Positions 18,630-28,091 of a stretch of DNA of 64,000 bases are shown piece by piece. Position numbers and translations under genes: made by a program. Source of the stretch: Dehalococcoidia bacterium (lineage in GTDB: Bacteria > Chloroflexota > Dehalococcoidia > Lucifugimonadales > UBA3495). Each line of letters begins with the position of its first letter. The first letter of the stretch is position 1. The stretch covers positions 2,000,178 through 2,064,177 of the forward strand of contig OZ244136.1 in NCBI GenBank assembly GCA_965215975.1, written 5' to 3'. The notes under the pieces are model-generated. The model saw nothing but the letters and a program-made list of their open reading frames with translations, had not been told where the DNA came from and did not search any database.

Positions 18630-19244
18630 TTGAAAGTGAGAAACGAAAGATTTTGCAGACGGGGGCAGGCTCAAGGCCTGCCCTTTGCTTTTTTGCCCAG
18701 CGGAATTGCCCTGTTCGCAATCTTGATTGTCGTGGCAATTGGACTCGGCCTGTGGGTTGATGTTTCCCACGCCCAGGAGCCCACCGGCACCTACGATGAA
18801 GAAGAAGCGCAGGGGATAGACCAGATGCTGATGTGTCCGGTTTGCCCCGCTGAGTCCATTGACCAGGCGCAGGTGCCCCTGGCCCGCCAGATGCGGCAGC
18901 GGGTGCGGGAAATGCTGGCTGAGGGGGCAAGTCGCCAGGAAGTCCTGGACTACTTCGCCGACCGTTACGGAACAGACGTGCTGGCATCGCCGCCCAAGTC
19001 GGGATTAAACCTGCTGGCCTGGATATTGCCGGTGATTGGAGTGGTTTCAGCCCTGGGGGCCGGACTGCTGGTTTTGCGGGCCATGACGGGCAGGAGCAGC
19101 GAGGGCCCCGCCACAGGTGAAGTTGAAATGGGCCCACCGGACGGGGACCTGGAACCGTACCTGGCTGCGGTGGACCGGTCTCTCGCAATAGAAAATGGAG
19201 TCGATGTGGATGACGAAGAAGAGCCCAGGAAAGGCAACCAATAG
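18630..19244 (+). CDS. ccmH: CcmH/NrfF-family cytochrome c maturation protein
   Basis: LMCPVCPAESIDQAQVPLARQMRQRVREMLAEGASRQEVLDYFADRYG followed by a TM helix. TTG start is uncertain. Confidence 0.7.
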   Translation: MKVRNERFCRRGQAQGLPFAFLPSGIALFAILIVVAIGLGLWVDVSHAQEPTGTYDEEEAQGIDQMLMCPVCPAESIDQAQVPLARQMRQRVREMLAEGASRQEVLDYFADRYGTDVLASPPKSGLNLLAWILPVIGVVSALGAGLLVLRAMTGRSSEGPATGEVEMGPPDGDLEPYLAAVDRSLAIENGVDVDDEEEPRKGNQ

Positions 19245-19471
19245 CGGCATATAGCATCGATGGTTTGGTGCCATTGACCAGCATTGGAATGGCGACTATG
19301 GCATCTTCGCCTCTCTTGGGATGACAGGTTGAACGGCTGCCTTGCCCAGCGTGCAATGCGGAAAACTTCAACCAAAGTCGGCGCGGTTGAAATGCCGCCA
19401 CCATATCATTAGAGTGTAGCGATATTGTTTCGCGGCGCGCCGGACCCTATCCTCTCCACCGGAGGTATGCA

Positions 19472-20692
19472 ATGAACTCCAGGGAATACGACATCGTAAT
19501 CATTGGGGGAGGCATTATCGGCCTTTCCACGGCCATGCAACTAGCCCGCCGGTTTCCCCAGGGCTGCAGCATTGCCGTGCTGGAGAAGGAGAAGGACCTG
19601 GCCACCCACCAGACCGGCCACAACAGCGGCGTAATTCACTCGGGGATCTATTACCGGCCGGGCTCCCAGAAGTCCCAGTTCTGCGTGGGCGGGGCCCAGG
19701 CCCTGATGCGGTTCTGCGACGAGAACGAAATCGAGTACGACCAATGCGGTAAGACCATCGTGGCCACCGAAGAGTCGGAACTGCCCCGGCTGGATAACCT
19801 GTACGAGCGCGGCGTGGCCAACGGGGTGCAGGGGCTGGAAATGATCGGTCCGGAGCGACTGCAGGAAATTGAGCCTCACACCTTCGGACTACAGGCTTTG
19901 TGGTCTCCCACCACCGGAATCATTGACTACGTAAAGGTCAGCGAGGCCTACGCGTCCAGGTTCCAGGACAGCGGCGGCGACATCTACATGGACGCCGCGG
20001 TCAGGTCCATCGGAGGCTCCGCCGGCGCCATGACCATCGACACCTCCCGGGGGTCGGTGCGGGCGGCCCACGTAATCAACTGCGCCGGTCTCTACGCCGA
20101 CCGCATCGCCGAGATGATGGGGGAGCGGACCGGCGTTCGCATCATTCCCTTCCGGGGGGAGTACTATACCCTGAGACCGGAAAGCCAACACCTGGTAAAG
20201 GGCTTGATTTATCCGGTTCCCGACCCCCGGTTCCCCTTCCTCGGCGTCCACTACACCCGCAACATTCACGGCTACGTGGAAGCCGGCCCCAATGCCGTCC
20301 TCGCCTTCGCGCGGGAGGGCTACCGCAAGAGCAATGTGGACCTGGGAGAGTCGGTGGGAACCTTCACTTATCCCGGCTTCTGGAAGATGACCGCCAAACA
20401 CTGGCGCACCGGCGTGTCGGAGATGCACCGTTCCTACAGCAAGAACGTGTTTGTCCACGACCTGCAAAAGCTGATCCCCGAAATCAGGGACGAGGACCTG
20501 GCCCCGGGAGGCTCCGGTGTGCGGGCGCAGGCGGTGGCCACCGACGGGGCTCTGCTGGACGATTTCTCAATACTCCAGGGGCAGCAGGCCATCCACGTGC
20601 TGAACGCGCCGTCCCCCGGGGCCACATCGTCCCTGTCCATCGGCCAGCACATCATGAACCTGGCGGTGGAAAGCTTCGAACTTGAAGGGTAG
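19472..20692 (+). CDS. lhgO: L-2-hydroxyglutarate oxidase/dehydrogenase (FAD-dependent)
   Basis: N-terminal FAD fold DIVIIGGGIIGLSTA. Overall LhgO/YgaF-like sequence (HQTGHNSGVIHSGIYY). Confidence 0.85.
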   Translation: MNSREYDIVIIGGGIIGLSTAMQLARRFPQGCSIAVLEKEKDLATHQTGHNSGVIHSGIYYRPGSQKSQFCVGGAQALMRFCDENEIEYDQCGKTIVATEESELPRLDNLYERGVANGVQGLEMIGPERLQEIEPHTFGLQALWSPTTGIIDYVKVSEAYASRFQDSGGDIYMDAAVRSIGGSAGAMTIDTSRGSVRAAHVINCAGLYADRIAEMMGERTGVRIIPFRGEYYTLRPESQHLVKGLIYPVPDPRFPFLGVHYTRNIHGYVEAGPNAVLAFAREGYRKSNVDLGESVGTFTYPGFWKMTAKHWRTGVSEMHRSYSKNVFVHDLQKLIPEIRDEDLAPGGSGVRAQAVATDGALLDDFSILQGQQAIHVLNAPSPGATSSLSIGQHIMNLAVESFELEG

Positions 20693-20738
20693 GGAAAGCC
20701 TAGATTACCAGCGGATAGTCAATAGACCGGTAACTGCT

Positions 20739-20775
20739 GAACCGGCGGAGTCGCTTAAGATGACTTCGCCGGTTC
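20739..20775 (+). terminator. Hairpin after lhgO
   Basis: GAACCGGCGGAGTC / GACTTCGCCGGTTC 14-bp stem with one mismatch. T-tract is weak. Confidence 0.4.
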
Positions 20776-20969
20776 ATTCCTTGGTTGTCTCGACCAATGC
20801 TGGTCGAAGTCCTGTCATTGGGAGCGAAGCGAAGAATCCCAACCGCACCCTGCAAAGCCTTCAGGGCTCTCAATCCACGTACTTCAGAAACGGCTGGCGT
20901 TCTTGACGCTGCACTCCCGAAGTGCCTGGAGAATATTGGCAACCAGAATAAATTCAGGCACAAAAGGAT

Positions 20970-20992
20970 GGGGCAACCACTAGGGTTGCCCC
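20970..20992 (-). terminator. Terminator of the 21038-23035 gene
   Basis: GGGGCAACC-ACTAG-GGTTGCCCC hairpin, followed on the minus strand by ATCCTTTTGTG. Confidence 0.5.
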
Positions 20993-21037
20993 GACAAGTT
21001 CCAAGGGACTGGCCAGCCTTGAACAGCTGCAGCCCTG

Positions 21038-23035
21038 CTACCGCAGAACGTCGCTGTCTCTGGCCCTGTCAATGTAGCCCTGCACGTCAGCACCGAGCAG
21101 GAACCCGTCCGATTCCAGTTGGCGGGCCACTTTTCCCACCGCGCGGACGTACCCCTCGTGGTCGCCGTAACGTTCCTCAAGGGACAGGCGCGGGTCACCC
21201 GAAGCCTCGCGTTCGGCCTTGGTGGCGGCGAAGGGTATGTGCTGGCCGTCGGACTCGCCTCCGTCGTTTTCGGCAAAGCCCTCGCGTCGCAATGCCCAGC
21301 CGGTGGTGGTGGCTACCGGGGCTTCCACCTCCGGCAGGCGCACGCCCGCCACCTCGTTCCCGTCTTCATCCACTTTCGACACGAATATGGAGTAGGCAGG
21401 ACGGTCAACCACCGACGGCGGACAGTTGGACAAGATTCCCTGGTCGGATTCGGGGCCAAAGTCCAAAACATAGCGGGTGGTTATTACACCGGTATAGGTT
21501 ACCTCCGGGATATCGGGCCAGCCCAGCTCTGCCTGGGGCACACAGCCAACCTCGGATCCGGGACGAGTGACGGCAAAGGCAGCATTTTCGGCGCCCCTGG
21601 GCACCCGGCTGTCCGGCGGAGCGATGCCCTCGCTGACCCACCGGTCCAGGGCGACAAGCAAGGCGCGGTGCGCGGCATAGGGACTGACGCCGTTGGTTAG
21701 CTGCTGGTTCTTGCCTCGCCTGGTAATGTCTCCCACACCATGGGAGAGGCCGGAAATAAGGTAGTAGCGCACGTTCTCCGGGTCGGGCAGGTCGTTCCCC
21801 TCTGTGTCGGTGTGCAGCAGGGAGCAGGCCTTGACCCAGTACTCGTTCGAAGTATTGATCTCAAAACGCTTGGGCAGAGTGGCACTGGCGGCCCCCTGCT
21901 CGCTGCGGCCGGCGGTCTTGCCAGTCAGGTGATCAGTAAGAACCTGGTGAGCAAAGGGGAAGATAGCTTCGGGATAGAGATGGTTCTGGCGGTTGCGCTC
22001 GGTGCGGTCGGTCTGGGCAAACCGGAAGTTAATCTGGTCGCCATTGCCGCCGCCGGTGTGGCTCAAGATCCCGTCCAAAACCCTCTGCCCGTATTCGTCC
22101 TCGTTGAAGCCCAGCTCCTGAAAATCGTTAAGGGTGCGGGAGGGCTGGGATATGGAGTAGCTGTAGGTGTAATCGACCTGGCCCGCCAGCGGGTTGTCCG
22201 CCGACTCCGGGGCGTTGCGCAGGAAGGACATGAAGTCGCGAGTGGCTGCCAGGCCGATGCCCGCCACCAACGGATCTTTCGCAGTGTAAGTAAATTCATA
22301 GATGCGTGACTGCTTGAAGGGAGTCCCCTCGGGCAGCAGGCGAATGGCGGTGCCTTCGTCCGAAGTGTAGTCCCACTCGGCAGGCGGGACTTCTACAGGC
22401 TCGTCGTCCAGATGCTCTCGCACCGTGAGCCTCGCCCCGGACTTGTCCAGGGTGGCGGCGGTGTAGGCCAGGTCGCTGGTCAAAGTGGTCTCGTTGTCAA
22501 AGACGATGTACTCGTAGGACGGGCCGGTGATGGTTTCCCCGTTGTTGGTTGCCACGGGGACGTTAATCGTCATGGAGTTGTGGCCGCTGGCGCTGATGTC
22601 CCATCCGTTGCCTACCACGGCATAGCCCATATTGAACACGAAGCCGGTACCGGCGTCTTTGGCCGATGATGGGTCGTTGTTTGAAGTGGCGCTGTTCAGC
22701 AAGCCCACACGCATTCCACCGCGGTTGTTGAAGTCGAGGATGACCCGCCGGTTGCCGAGGTCGAGGTTAATGGGCTTGAGAACAAAGATGTCCGTCGAAT
22801 ACTCCACCAGACCACGCTCATTTCTGGGAGCCAGTTCTATGTCGGTGATGACGGCATTGCGCGGGTCGGAGGGGTCCAGTTCGCCGTAGGCGGTACCGCG
22901 AAGCTTTTCGTACTGACCAACGCTGCCAAAGGACAGACCCTCGAAAGTGGGAGACTCGGAACGGTTGGGGTCGATAACGATGCGAGTGATACCCGACTTG
23001 GCTGCTATTGCAGCGCCGGGGCGGTTCTGTGTCAT
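21038..23035 (-). CDS. Large conserved hypothetical protein (possibly alpha/beta-hydrolase-like family)
   Basis: 665-aa ORF from the ATG at 23035, preceded by AGGAGA. The upstream extension to 23131 lacks an RBS. The family assignment is from memory only. Confidence 0.55.
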   Translation of the reverse strand: MTQNRPGAAIAAKSGITRIVIDPNRSESPTFEGLSFGSVGQYEKLRGTAYGELDPSDPRNAVITDIELAPRNERGLVEYSTDIFVLKPINLDLGNRRVILDFNNRGGMRVGLLNSATSNNDPSSAKDAGTGFVFNMGYAVVGNGWDISASGHNSMTINVPVATNNGETITGPSYEYIVFDNETTLTSDLAYTAATLDKSGARLTVREHLDDEPVEVPPAEWDYTSDEGTAIRLLPEGTPFKQSRIYEFTYTAKDPLVAGIGLAATRDFMSFLRNAPESADNPLAGQVDYTYSYSISQPSRTLNDFQELGFNEDEYGQRVLDGILSHTGGGNGDQINFRFAQTDRTERNRQNHLYPEAIFPFAHQVLTDHLTGKTAGRSEQGAASATLPKRFEINTSNEYWVKACSLLHTDTEGNDLPDPENVRYYLISGLSHGVGDITRRGKNQQLTNGVSPYAAHRALLVALDRWVSEGIAPPDSRVPRGAENAAFAVTRPGSEVGCVPQAELGWPDIPEVTYTGVITTRYVLDFGPESDQGILSNCPPSVVDRPAYSIFVSKVDEDGNEVAGVRLPEVEAPVATTTGWALRREGFAENDGGESDGQHIPFAATKAEREASGDPRLSLEERYGDHEGYVRAVGKVARQLESDGFLLGADVQGYIDRARDSDVLR

Positions 23036-23385
23036 GGTGATTCTCCTGTGGGGGAAACGTTCAGGTACGTATTCTTCCTGTCGATTTGGTTTTTGGTTAT
23101 GGAAGGCACTGTTGTTAGCATGATCATACAAAGGCAGGGTGCTTGGGTCAAATGGGGATGTCCCATAGTACGGACGAGAGCTTCAGGCTCCGACCGTATA
23201 GGTTCCTTCCCAAGAATATAAGAGCCTTGGCATGCAATAGGAATTGCCTCGAGCCTTGCATGGAACCTTGCGAGAGCCCCGTACCGGAGAACGGCCAGGT
23301 TTTCCCGCCCTACCCCGTATAAGGTATAATCAAATTCAGTTAATATCAGGGCTAAACGGGTTAAGCTGGCAAAGGGTAATCAGGG

Positions 23386-23781
23386 TTGGACGTTGCAGCC
23401 GGAGAGGCGATAGATCTGGGTTGTTGGACTCTTACCGAGGAGTCGGTAAGGAGTTATCTGGACGCCGTGGGGGACGACCTGACCCTGTATCTGGAACTGG
23501 GAGTGGCGCCCCCTTTGGCCCTGTGTGCCTATGCCTTGGGAGCGATGCTGGAGAAGCTGTCTTTGCCGGTTGGCGCCATCCACAGCATCCAGGAAATGGA
23601 GGCGGTGGGCGCGGCCAGCATCGGACAGGATATCTACGGTGAAGCAGTACCGGAGCGGCCCCGCAAGAGAGGCGGGCTCCGGTTTATGACTGTGGGTTAT
23701 ACCCTGAGAGATGACGCGGGGCAGGTGGTGCAGACGGGCAAGACCACGGTGCTGACGCCGGAGAGCGGGGACCAGGGCTAA
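23386..23781 (+). CDS. Hotdog-fold protein, HadA-like partner of the MaoC dehydratase
   Basis: 131 aa, abuts the next gene (stop-start spacing 1 nt). Non-ATG start. Confidence 0.55.
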   Translation: MDVAAGEAIDLGCWTLTEESVRSYLDAVGDDLTLYLELGVAPPLALCAYALGAMLEKLSLPVGAIHSIQEMEAVGAASIGQDIYGEAVPERPRKRGGLRFMTVGYTLRDDAGQVVQTGKTTVLTPESGDQG

Positions 23782-23782
23782 G

Positions 23783-24196
23783 ATGGCCGAAATAGCACCG
23801 GAAGAAACCGAACTACCGGCATTGACTCTGGACATTACCCAGGAGAGGCTGAACGCATACTGCGCCGCTTCAGGCGACAACAATCCGTTGCACTGGGACA
23901 CGGAGTTTGCGGCGACCACCCAGTTTGGGGGAGTAATCGCCCACGGAATGCTGACTTTGGCCCTGATTTCCCAGATGATGGCCTCGGCTTATGGGCGGGA
24001 CTGGCTGGAGACGGGCAGTCTTCGGGCCCGCTTCAAGGGGGCCGCATACTTGGGAGACTGGGTGTCGAGCCGTGGTCGGGTATCTAAAAAAGAGCAAAAG
24101 GACGGTCGCCGGTTGGTAACCTGCTCGGTGGCAGTTATAAAAAGAGTAACAGGTGAGGAGTTAGTAACGGGGAGCGCTACGGTTAAGGTCAAATGA
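23783..24196 (+). CDS. MaoC-like (R)-specific enoyl/hydroxyacyl dehydratase
   Basis: SGDNNPLHWDTEFAATTQFGGVIAHGMLT hydratase-2 motif. Confidence 0.8.
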   Translation: MAEIAPEETELPALTLDITQERLNAYCAASGDNNPLHWDTEFAATTQFGGVIAHGMLTLALISQMMASAYGRDWLETGSLRARFKGAAYLGDWVSSRGRVSKKEQKDGRRLVTCSVAVIKRVTGEELVTGSATVKVK

Positions 24197-24268
24197 TCCA
24201 ATCGCTGACTCCCTCCTGCAACAGGTCTAACTCTCGGCCAGGGATGTGACAAACCAAGGAAAGACAAT

Positions 24269-25333
24269 ATGCAGAATTCTGAATCTCCATCGTCCCACAA
24301 CGAGGCTACGTTTCAAGAGGAGCCAATTCGGGTGGCGGTGGACGCCATGGGCGGCGATTACGCCCCCCACGAAACGATTAAGGGCGCGGTGGCCGCGCTG
24401 GAACAACAAAATATAGAACTACTCCTGGTGGGAGACGCCGGGGCCGTGGAGGCCGAGTTAGCCAGCTACGACTTGTCCGGCAGGCCGGTCCAGGTTGTCC
24501 CGTCAGTGGGCAGAATTGGTGACGACGAACACCCAATGCACGCCTTCCGGCGGAAGCCGAATGCTTCCATTGTCGTAGGTACCAAGCTGGTCAAGTCCGG
24601 GCAGGCCGACGTGCTGGTGTCCCTGGGCTCCACCGGTGCCTCGATGGCCACAGCTTCCCTGATTCTCGGGGTAATGGAGGGCCTGGAGCGGCCCTGCATC
24701 GGCGGACCTTTCCTGGGGCTGGCTCCACGTACCGTTCTGATGGACCTGGGCAGCAACGTGGATTGCCGCCCCTCCCAGATTCTTAACTTCGCAGCGCTAG
24801 GTTCAGCGTTTGCGTATAAGTTTATGGGAATGGAAAATCCGCGGGTGGCGCTGTTGAGCGTGGGCGCCGAAAAGTCCAAGGGCAACCGGCAAGTCCAGGA
24901 AAGCTACCAACTGCTGGAACAGAGCCATCTCAACTTTGTGGGCAACGTGGAGGGGATGGACTTTTTCACCGACAAGGCTGACGTCATAATTTGCGATGGG
25001 TTCGTCGGGAATATCCTGATCAAGTTCACCGAGGGCATGGGCACTGCGCTCGGGAGTTACCTTGCCAGGCAACTGTCACCCTATATGTCCGAAGAACAGA
25101 TGAAGGATGTATTCAACGATCTGTGGGAGACCACAAACCGGCCACGAACCATGGGCGGCCCGCTGTTCGGCGTAAATGGCGCCGTGGTCGTGGGCCACGG
25201 CTCCTGCAAGGCAGAAGGTGTCACGGGCGCCATCAACACCGCCGTGCACTACATTAAGGGCGGCCTGGTGGACGTAATGCGGGAGGAGCTGGCAGAGATC
25301 AGCCGGCGCGGGCTGACTGGGGACCACGAGTAA
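24269..25333 (+). CDS. plsX: Phosphate acyltransferase PlsX
   Basis: IRVAVDAMGGDYAP... and ...VICDGFVGNILIKFTEG motifs. Confidence 0.9.
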   Translation: MQNSESPSSHNEATFQEEPIRVAVDAMGGDYAPHETIKGAVAALEQQNIELLLVGDAGAVEAELASYDLSGRPVQVVPSVGRIGDDEHPMHAFRRKPNASIVVGTKLVKSGQADVLVSLGSTGASMATASLILGVMEGLERPCIGGPFLGLAPRTVLMDLGSNVDCRPSQILNFAALGSAFAYKFMGMENPRVALLSVGAEKSKGNRQVQESYQLLEQSHLNFVGNVEGMDFFTDKADVIICDGFVGNILIKFTEGMGTALGSYLARQLSPYMSEEQMKDVFNDLWETTNRPRTMGGPLFGVNGAVVVGHGSCKAEGVTGAINTAVHYIKGGLVDVMREELAEISRRGLTGDHE

Positions 25334-26088
25334 TGGCAACCAATAGGCTGGCGGAACAGGTAGCCCTGGTTACCGGCGCATCCCGGGGCATCGGCGCGGT
25401 TATTGCCCAACGACTTGCGAAGGAAGGGGCCAAGGTGGCGATCAACTACCAGGCGTCGAAGGAAGCGGCTCTCCAGGTGGTTCGTGGAATCGTCGATGCC
25501 GGCGGCGAGGCGGTGGTTCTTCCCGGGGACGTTTCCAAGGAAAAGGATGCCGAGACCCTGGTGAAGAGTGTCATAGAACAGTGGGGCCGCATCGACATCC
25601 TGGTGAACAACGCGGGGATAACCCGCGACCGTCTGTTGCTGCGCATGACGGTGGAAGACTGGGATCGGGTACTGGAAGTCAACCTGCGGGGGGCTTTCCT
25701 TTGCACCAAGTACGTGATGCCTCACTTGATTCGCCGTCGCCAGGGGCGTGTGGTCAACATTTCTTCAGTAGTGGGCATCGGTGGCAACCCGGGCCAGGCC
25801 AATTACGCCGCATCCAAGGCCGGGCTCATCGGGTTTACCAAGTCCGTGGCTAGAGAGGTAGCCTCACGCAACATTACGGTCAACGCCTTGGCCCCAGGCT
25901 TCATAGACACCGGCGGCATGGTGGACCAGATGACCGAAGAGGCAAAGAAAACGGTGTTGGGCCGAATCCCGATGGAACGGTTCGGCAACGCCGACGACGT
26001 AGCCGAGGCGGTGTCCTTCCTTTGCGGAAAAGGGGCGGGGTACATTACGGGACAAGTTATTACCATCGACGGCGGAATGGTGGGGTAA
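25333..26088 (+). CDS. fabG: 3-oxoacyl-ACP reductase
   Basis: SDR motifs TGASRGIG, NNAG, YAASKAG. ATGA-type overlap with plsX. Confidence 0.9.
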   Translation: MATNRLAEQVALVTGASRGIGAVIAQRLAKEGAKVAINYQASKEAALQVVRGIVDAGGEAVVLPGDVSKEKDAETLVKSVIEQWGRIDILVNNAGITRDRLLLRMTVEDWDRVLEVNLRGAFLCTKYVMPHLIRRRQGRVVNISSVVGIGGNPGQANYAASKAGLIGFTKSVAREVASRNITVNALAPGFIDTGGMVDQMTEEAKKTVLGRIPMERFGNADDVAEAVSFLCGKGAGYITGQVITIDGGMVG

Positions 26089-26135
26089 CATGATTGCTCT
26101 TGGGGTAGGCCAGTGGCTTTAGTAGGAGGCCAAGG

Positions 26136-26648
26136 ATGTCAACTGCGAATGCTCCCGACACGTTACCGCAAAGTGTGGTACCCGGCGAATTGGTGAACAG
26201 CTTTATCGAGTTAGTCGGTGTGCGGAGGGAGCACGGCAGCAGGTCAATAGTCCTGCAGGCTGCGGCTCAAGTAGGAGACGACACCGCACGGATTCGGTGG
26301 CTTCGTCCTACCTTGGAAGGCATATGCCATCTTCCATGGCACGAAAATGATATGCCCGATGGTAGAAAATCTACGAAAACGGAATCAGCGGCGCGTCTAC
26401 TGTGGTTGCTCTGCGAGGTTCTGGAAGAGGACACTGTACCCCCTACCAGCATAATCCCAACATGGAGAGGTGGAGTTACCGCCGAATGGCACGTAAACGG
26501 GTTTGACCTCGAGATTGAGTCAGACCCAAGCGGCACCATGGAGTACAACTTTGTGGGCCCCGGTAATGTCGAGTATGAGGGTCCCGTTGACGACAACCTG
26601 GAAAACCTGAGGTCGCACGTCAAGCTGCTGCCTGAAGAGAGGCACTAG
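26136..26648 (+). CDS. Hypothetical protein (170 aa)
   Basis: Coherent ORF with no recognisable motif. First of a two-gene insertion between fabG and the prpB-like gene. Confidence 0.55.
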   Translation: MSTANAPDTLPQSVVPGELVNSFIELVGVRREHGSRSIVLQAAAQVGDDTARIRWLRPTLEGICHLPWHENDMPDGRKSTKTESAARLLWLLCEVLEEDTVPPTSIIPTWRGGVTAEWHVNGFDLEIESDPSGTMEYNFVGPGNVEYEGPVDDNLENLRSHVKLLPEERH

Positions 26649-26660
26649 GCACCTGAACCG

Positions 26661-27050
26661 ATGTCCACTCCACCCGGGCAGCAACCAATCCTGGATGACG
26701 ATGTGCTCATGCGGCGAGTGAGGCGCCAGGAACTTACAACCGACCAAGAGGGAGGGCCAGCGAGGCCATCCAGCGATGCATTCAAGCAGGATGGAGCCGA
26801 GGGCGAAACTTCGGTTTACCTGTTCTCGGAGACTACGCCAGAGCGAATCAGCTACAACTATCCCGATATATTCGTAGCTCTAGTCGATGTGGGACTCCTC
26901 CGCCAACTAGGGCTAAATGTTGAGCGCAGTGCCATGGAAGGGGAACCTGGTCACTGTGTCATCACCGGTCGCGAAACTAGAAGCGTACTGAGAACACTCG
27001 CCCGTGCGAGTTATTGGGCACAAGGTTTTGGCCCAGTGGGCGAAGAATAG
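26661..27050 (+). CDS. Hypothetical protein (129 aa)
   Basis: ORF 12 nt after the previous stop. No recognisable motif. Confidence 0.55.
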   Translation: MSTPPGQQPILDDDVLMRRVRRQELTTDQEGGPARPSSDAFKQDGAEGETSVYLFSETTPERISYNYPDIFVALVDVGLLRQLGLNVERSAMEGEPGHCVITGRETRSVLRTLARASYWAQGFGPVGEE

Positions 27051-27203
27051 CTGATTAGATTCGTCAGGGTCTCGATCTGAATGCTCTCCCACAATCTCTG
27101 GGCCCGTCACGGTTATAGCTGGATTGCCGAGCCTGCTTGGTAACAACTTACGCAGAAACCACAGATTTCCCCAATCCAAGACAGCCCAACGAGAGGTCTT
27201 CCC

Positions 27204-28091
27204 ATGCAACGCGCCACCACCAAACTCCGAAAACTGCTCCAGGATTCGGGTATCATCATGGCCCCCGGGGCTTATGACTGCCTCACCGCCCGCATTATCC
27301 AGAATGCCGGTTTTGGGGCCGTCTATATGACCGGGGCCGGAACCTCGGTGGCAACGCTGGGCTACCCCGACCTGGCCCTGGCAACCATGAGCGAGATGGT
27401 GGGCAACGCCGCCGACATTGCGGCCACGGTGGACGTGCCGGTAATCGCCGACGCAGATACGGGCTATGGCGGCATATTAAACATCCAGCGCACCATCCGC
27501 CAGTACCAGCGGGCCGGCGTAGCTGCGGTACATATCGAGGACCAGGAGTTTCCCAAGCGGTGCGGCCACCTGGACAACAAGCGGGTCATTGGCATTGATG
27601 AAATGGTGGGCAAGATCAAGGCGGCGGTCGATGCCCGCACCGACGACGATTTTGTCATCATTGTCCGCACCGATGCCCTGGCAGTTACCGGCTGGGACGA
27701 CACCATGCGCCGCTGCGAGGCATTCACCAGGGCCGGGGCTGACGTACTCTTTGTGGAAGCGATCCGGTCCCACGAGGAAGCGGAACAGGTGGTGGCCTCG
27801 GTGGAACTGCCCCTGCTGTACAACTACGTGGAAACGGGCAAGTCGCCCCTGTTCACCGCCCGGGAGTTGGAGCAGTTGGGCTTCAAGCTGGTTATCTACC
27901 CGGCCAGCGCGCTGCTTACGGTGAGCAAGGTCGTGGCCGTGCTGATGGAAGAATTGAAGGCCAAAGGCACCACGGCGCACCTGGTGGACAACATGATCAG
28001 CCTGCACCAGTGCTTCGAGCTTATGGGACTGTCGGAAATGCTTGCCACCGACGAAAGCTACTCCGCCGCAGCTATGGAGGCGGGGCGGTGA
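27204..28091 (+). CDS. Isocitrate lyase/PEP mutase family enzyme (2-methylisocitrate lyase-like)
   Basis: ...MAPGAYDCLTARI...DADTGYGG...HIEDQEFPKRCGH... family signature. Confidence 0.8.
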   Translation: MQRATTKLRKLLQDSGIIMAPGAYDCLTARIIQNAGFGAVYMTGAGTSVATLGYPDLALATMSEMVGNAADIAATVDVPVIADADTGYGGILNIQRTIRQYQRAGVAAVHIEDQEFPKRCGHLDNKRVIGIDEMVGKIKAAVDARTDDDFVIIVRTDALAVTGWDDTMRRCEAFTRAGADVLFVEAIRSHEEAEQVVASVELPLLYNYVETGKSPLFTARELEQLGFKLVIYPASALLTVSKVVAVLMEELKAKGTTAHLVDNMISLHQCFELMGLSEMLATDESYSAAAMEAGR

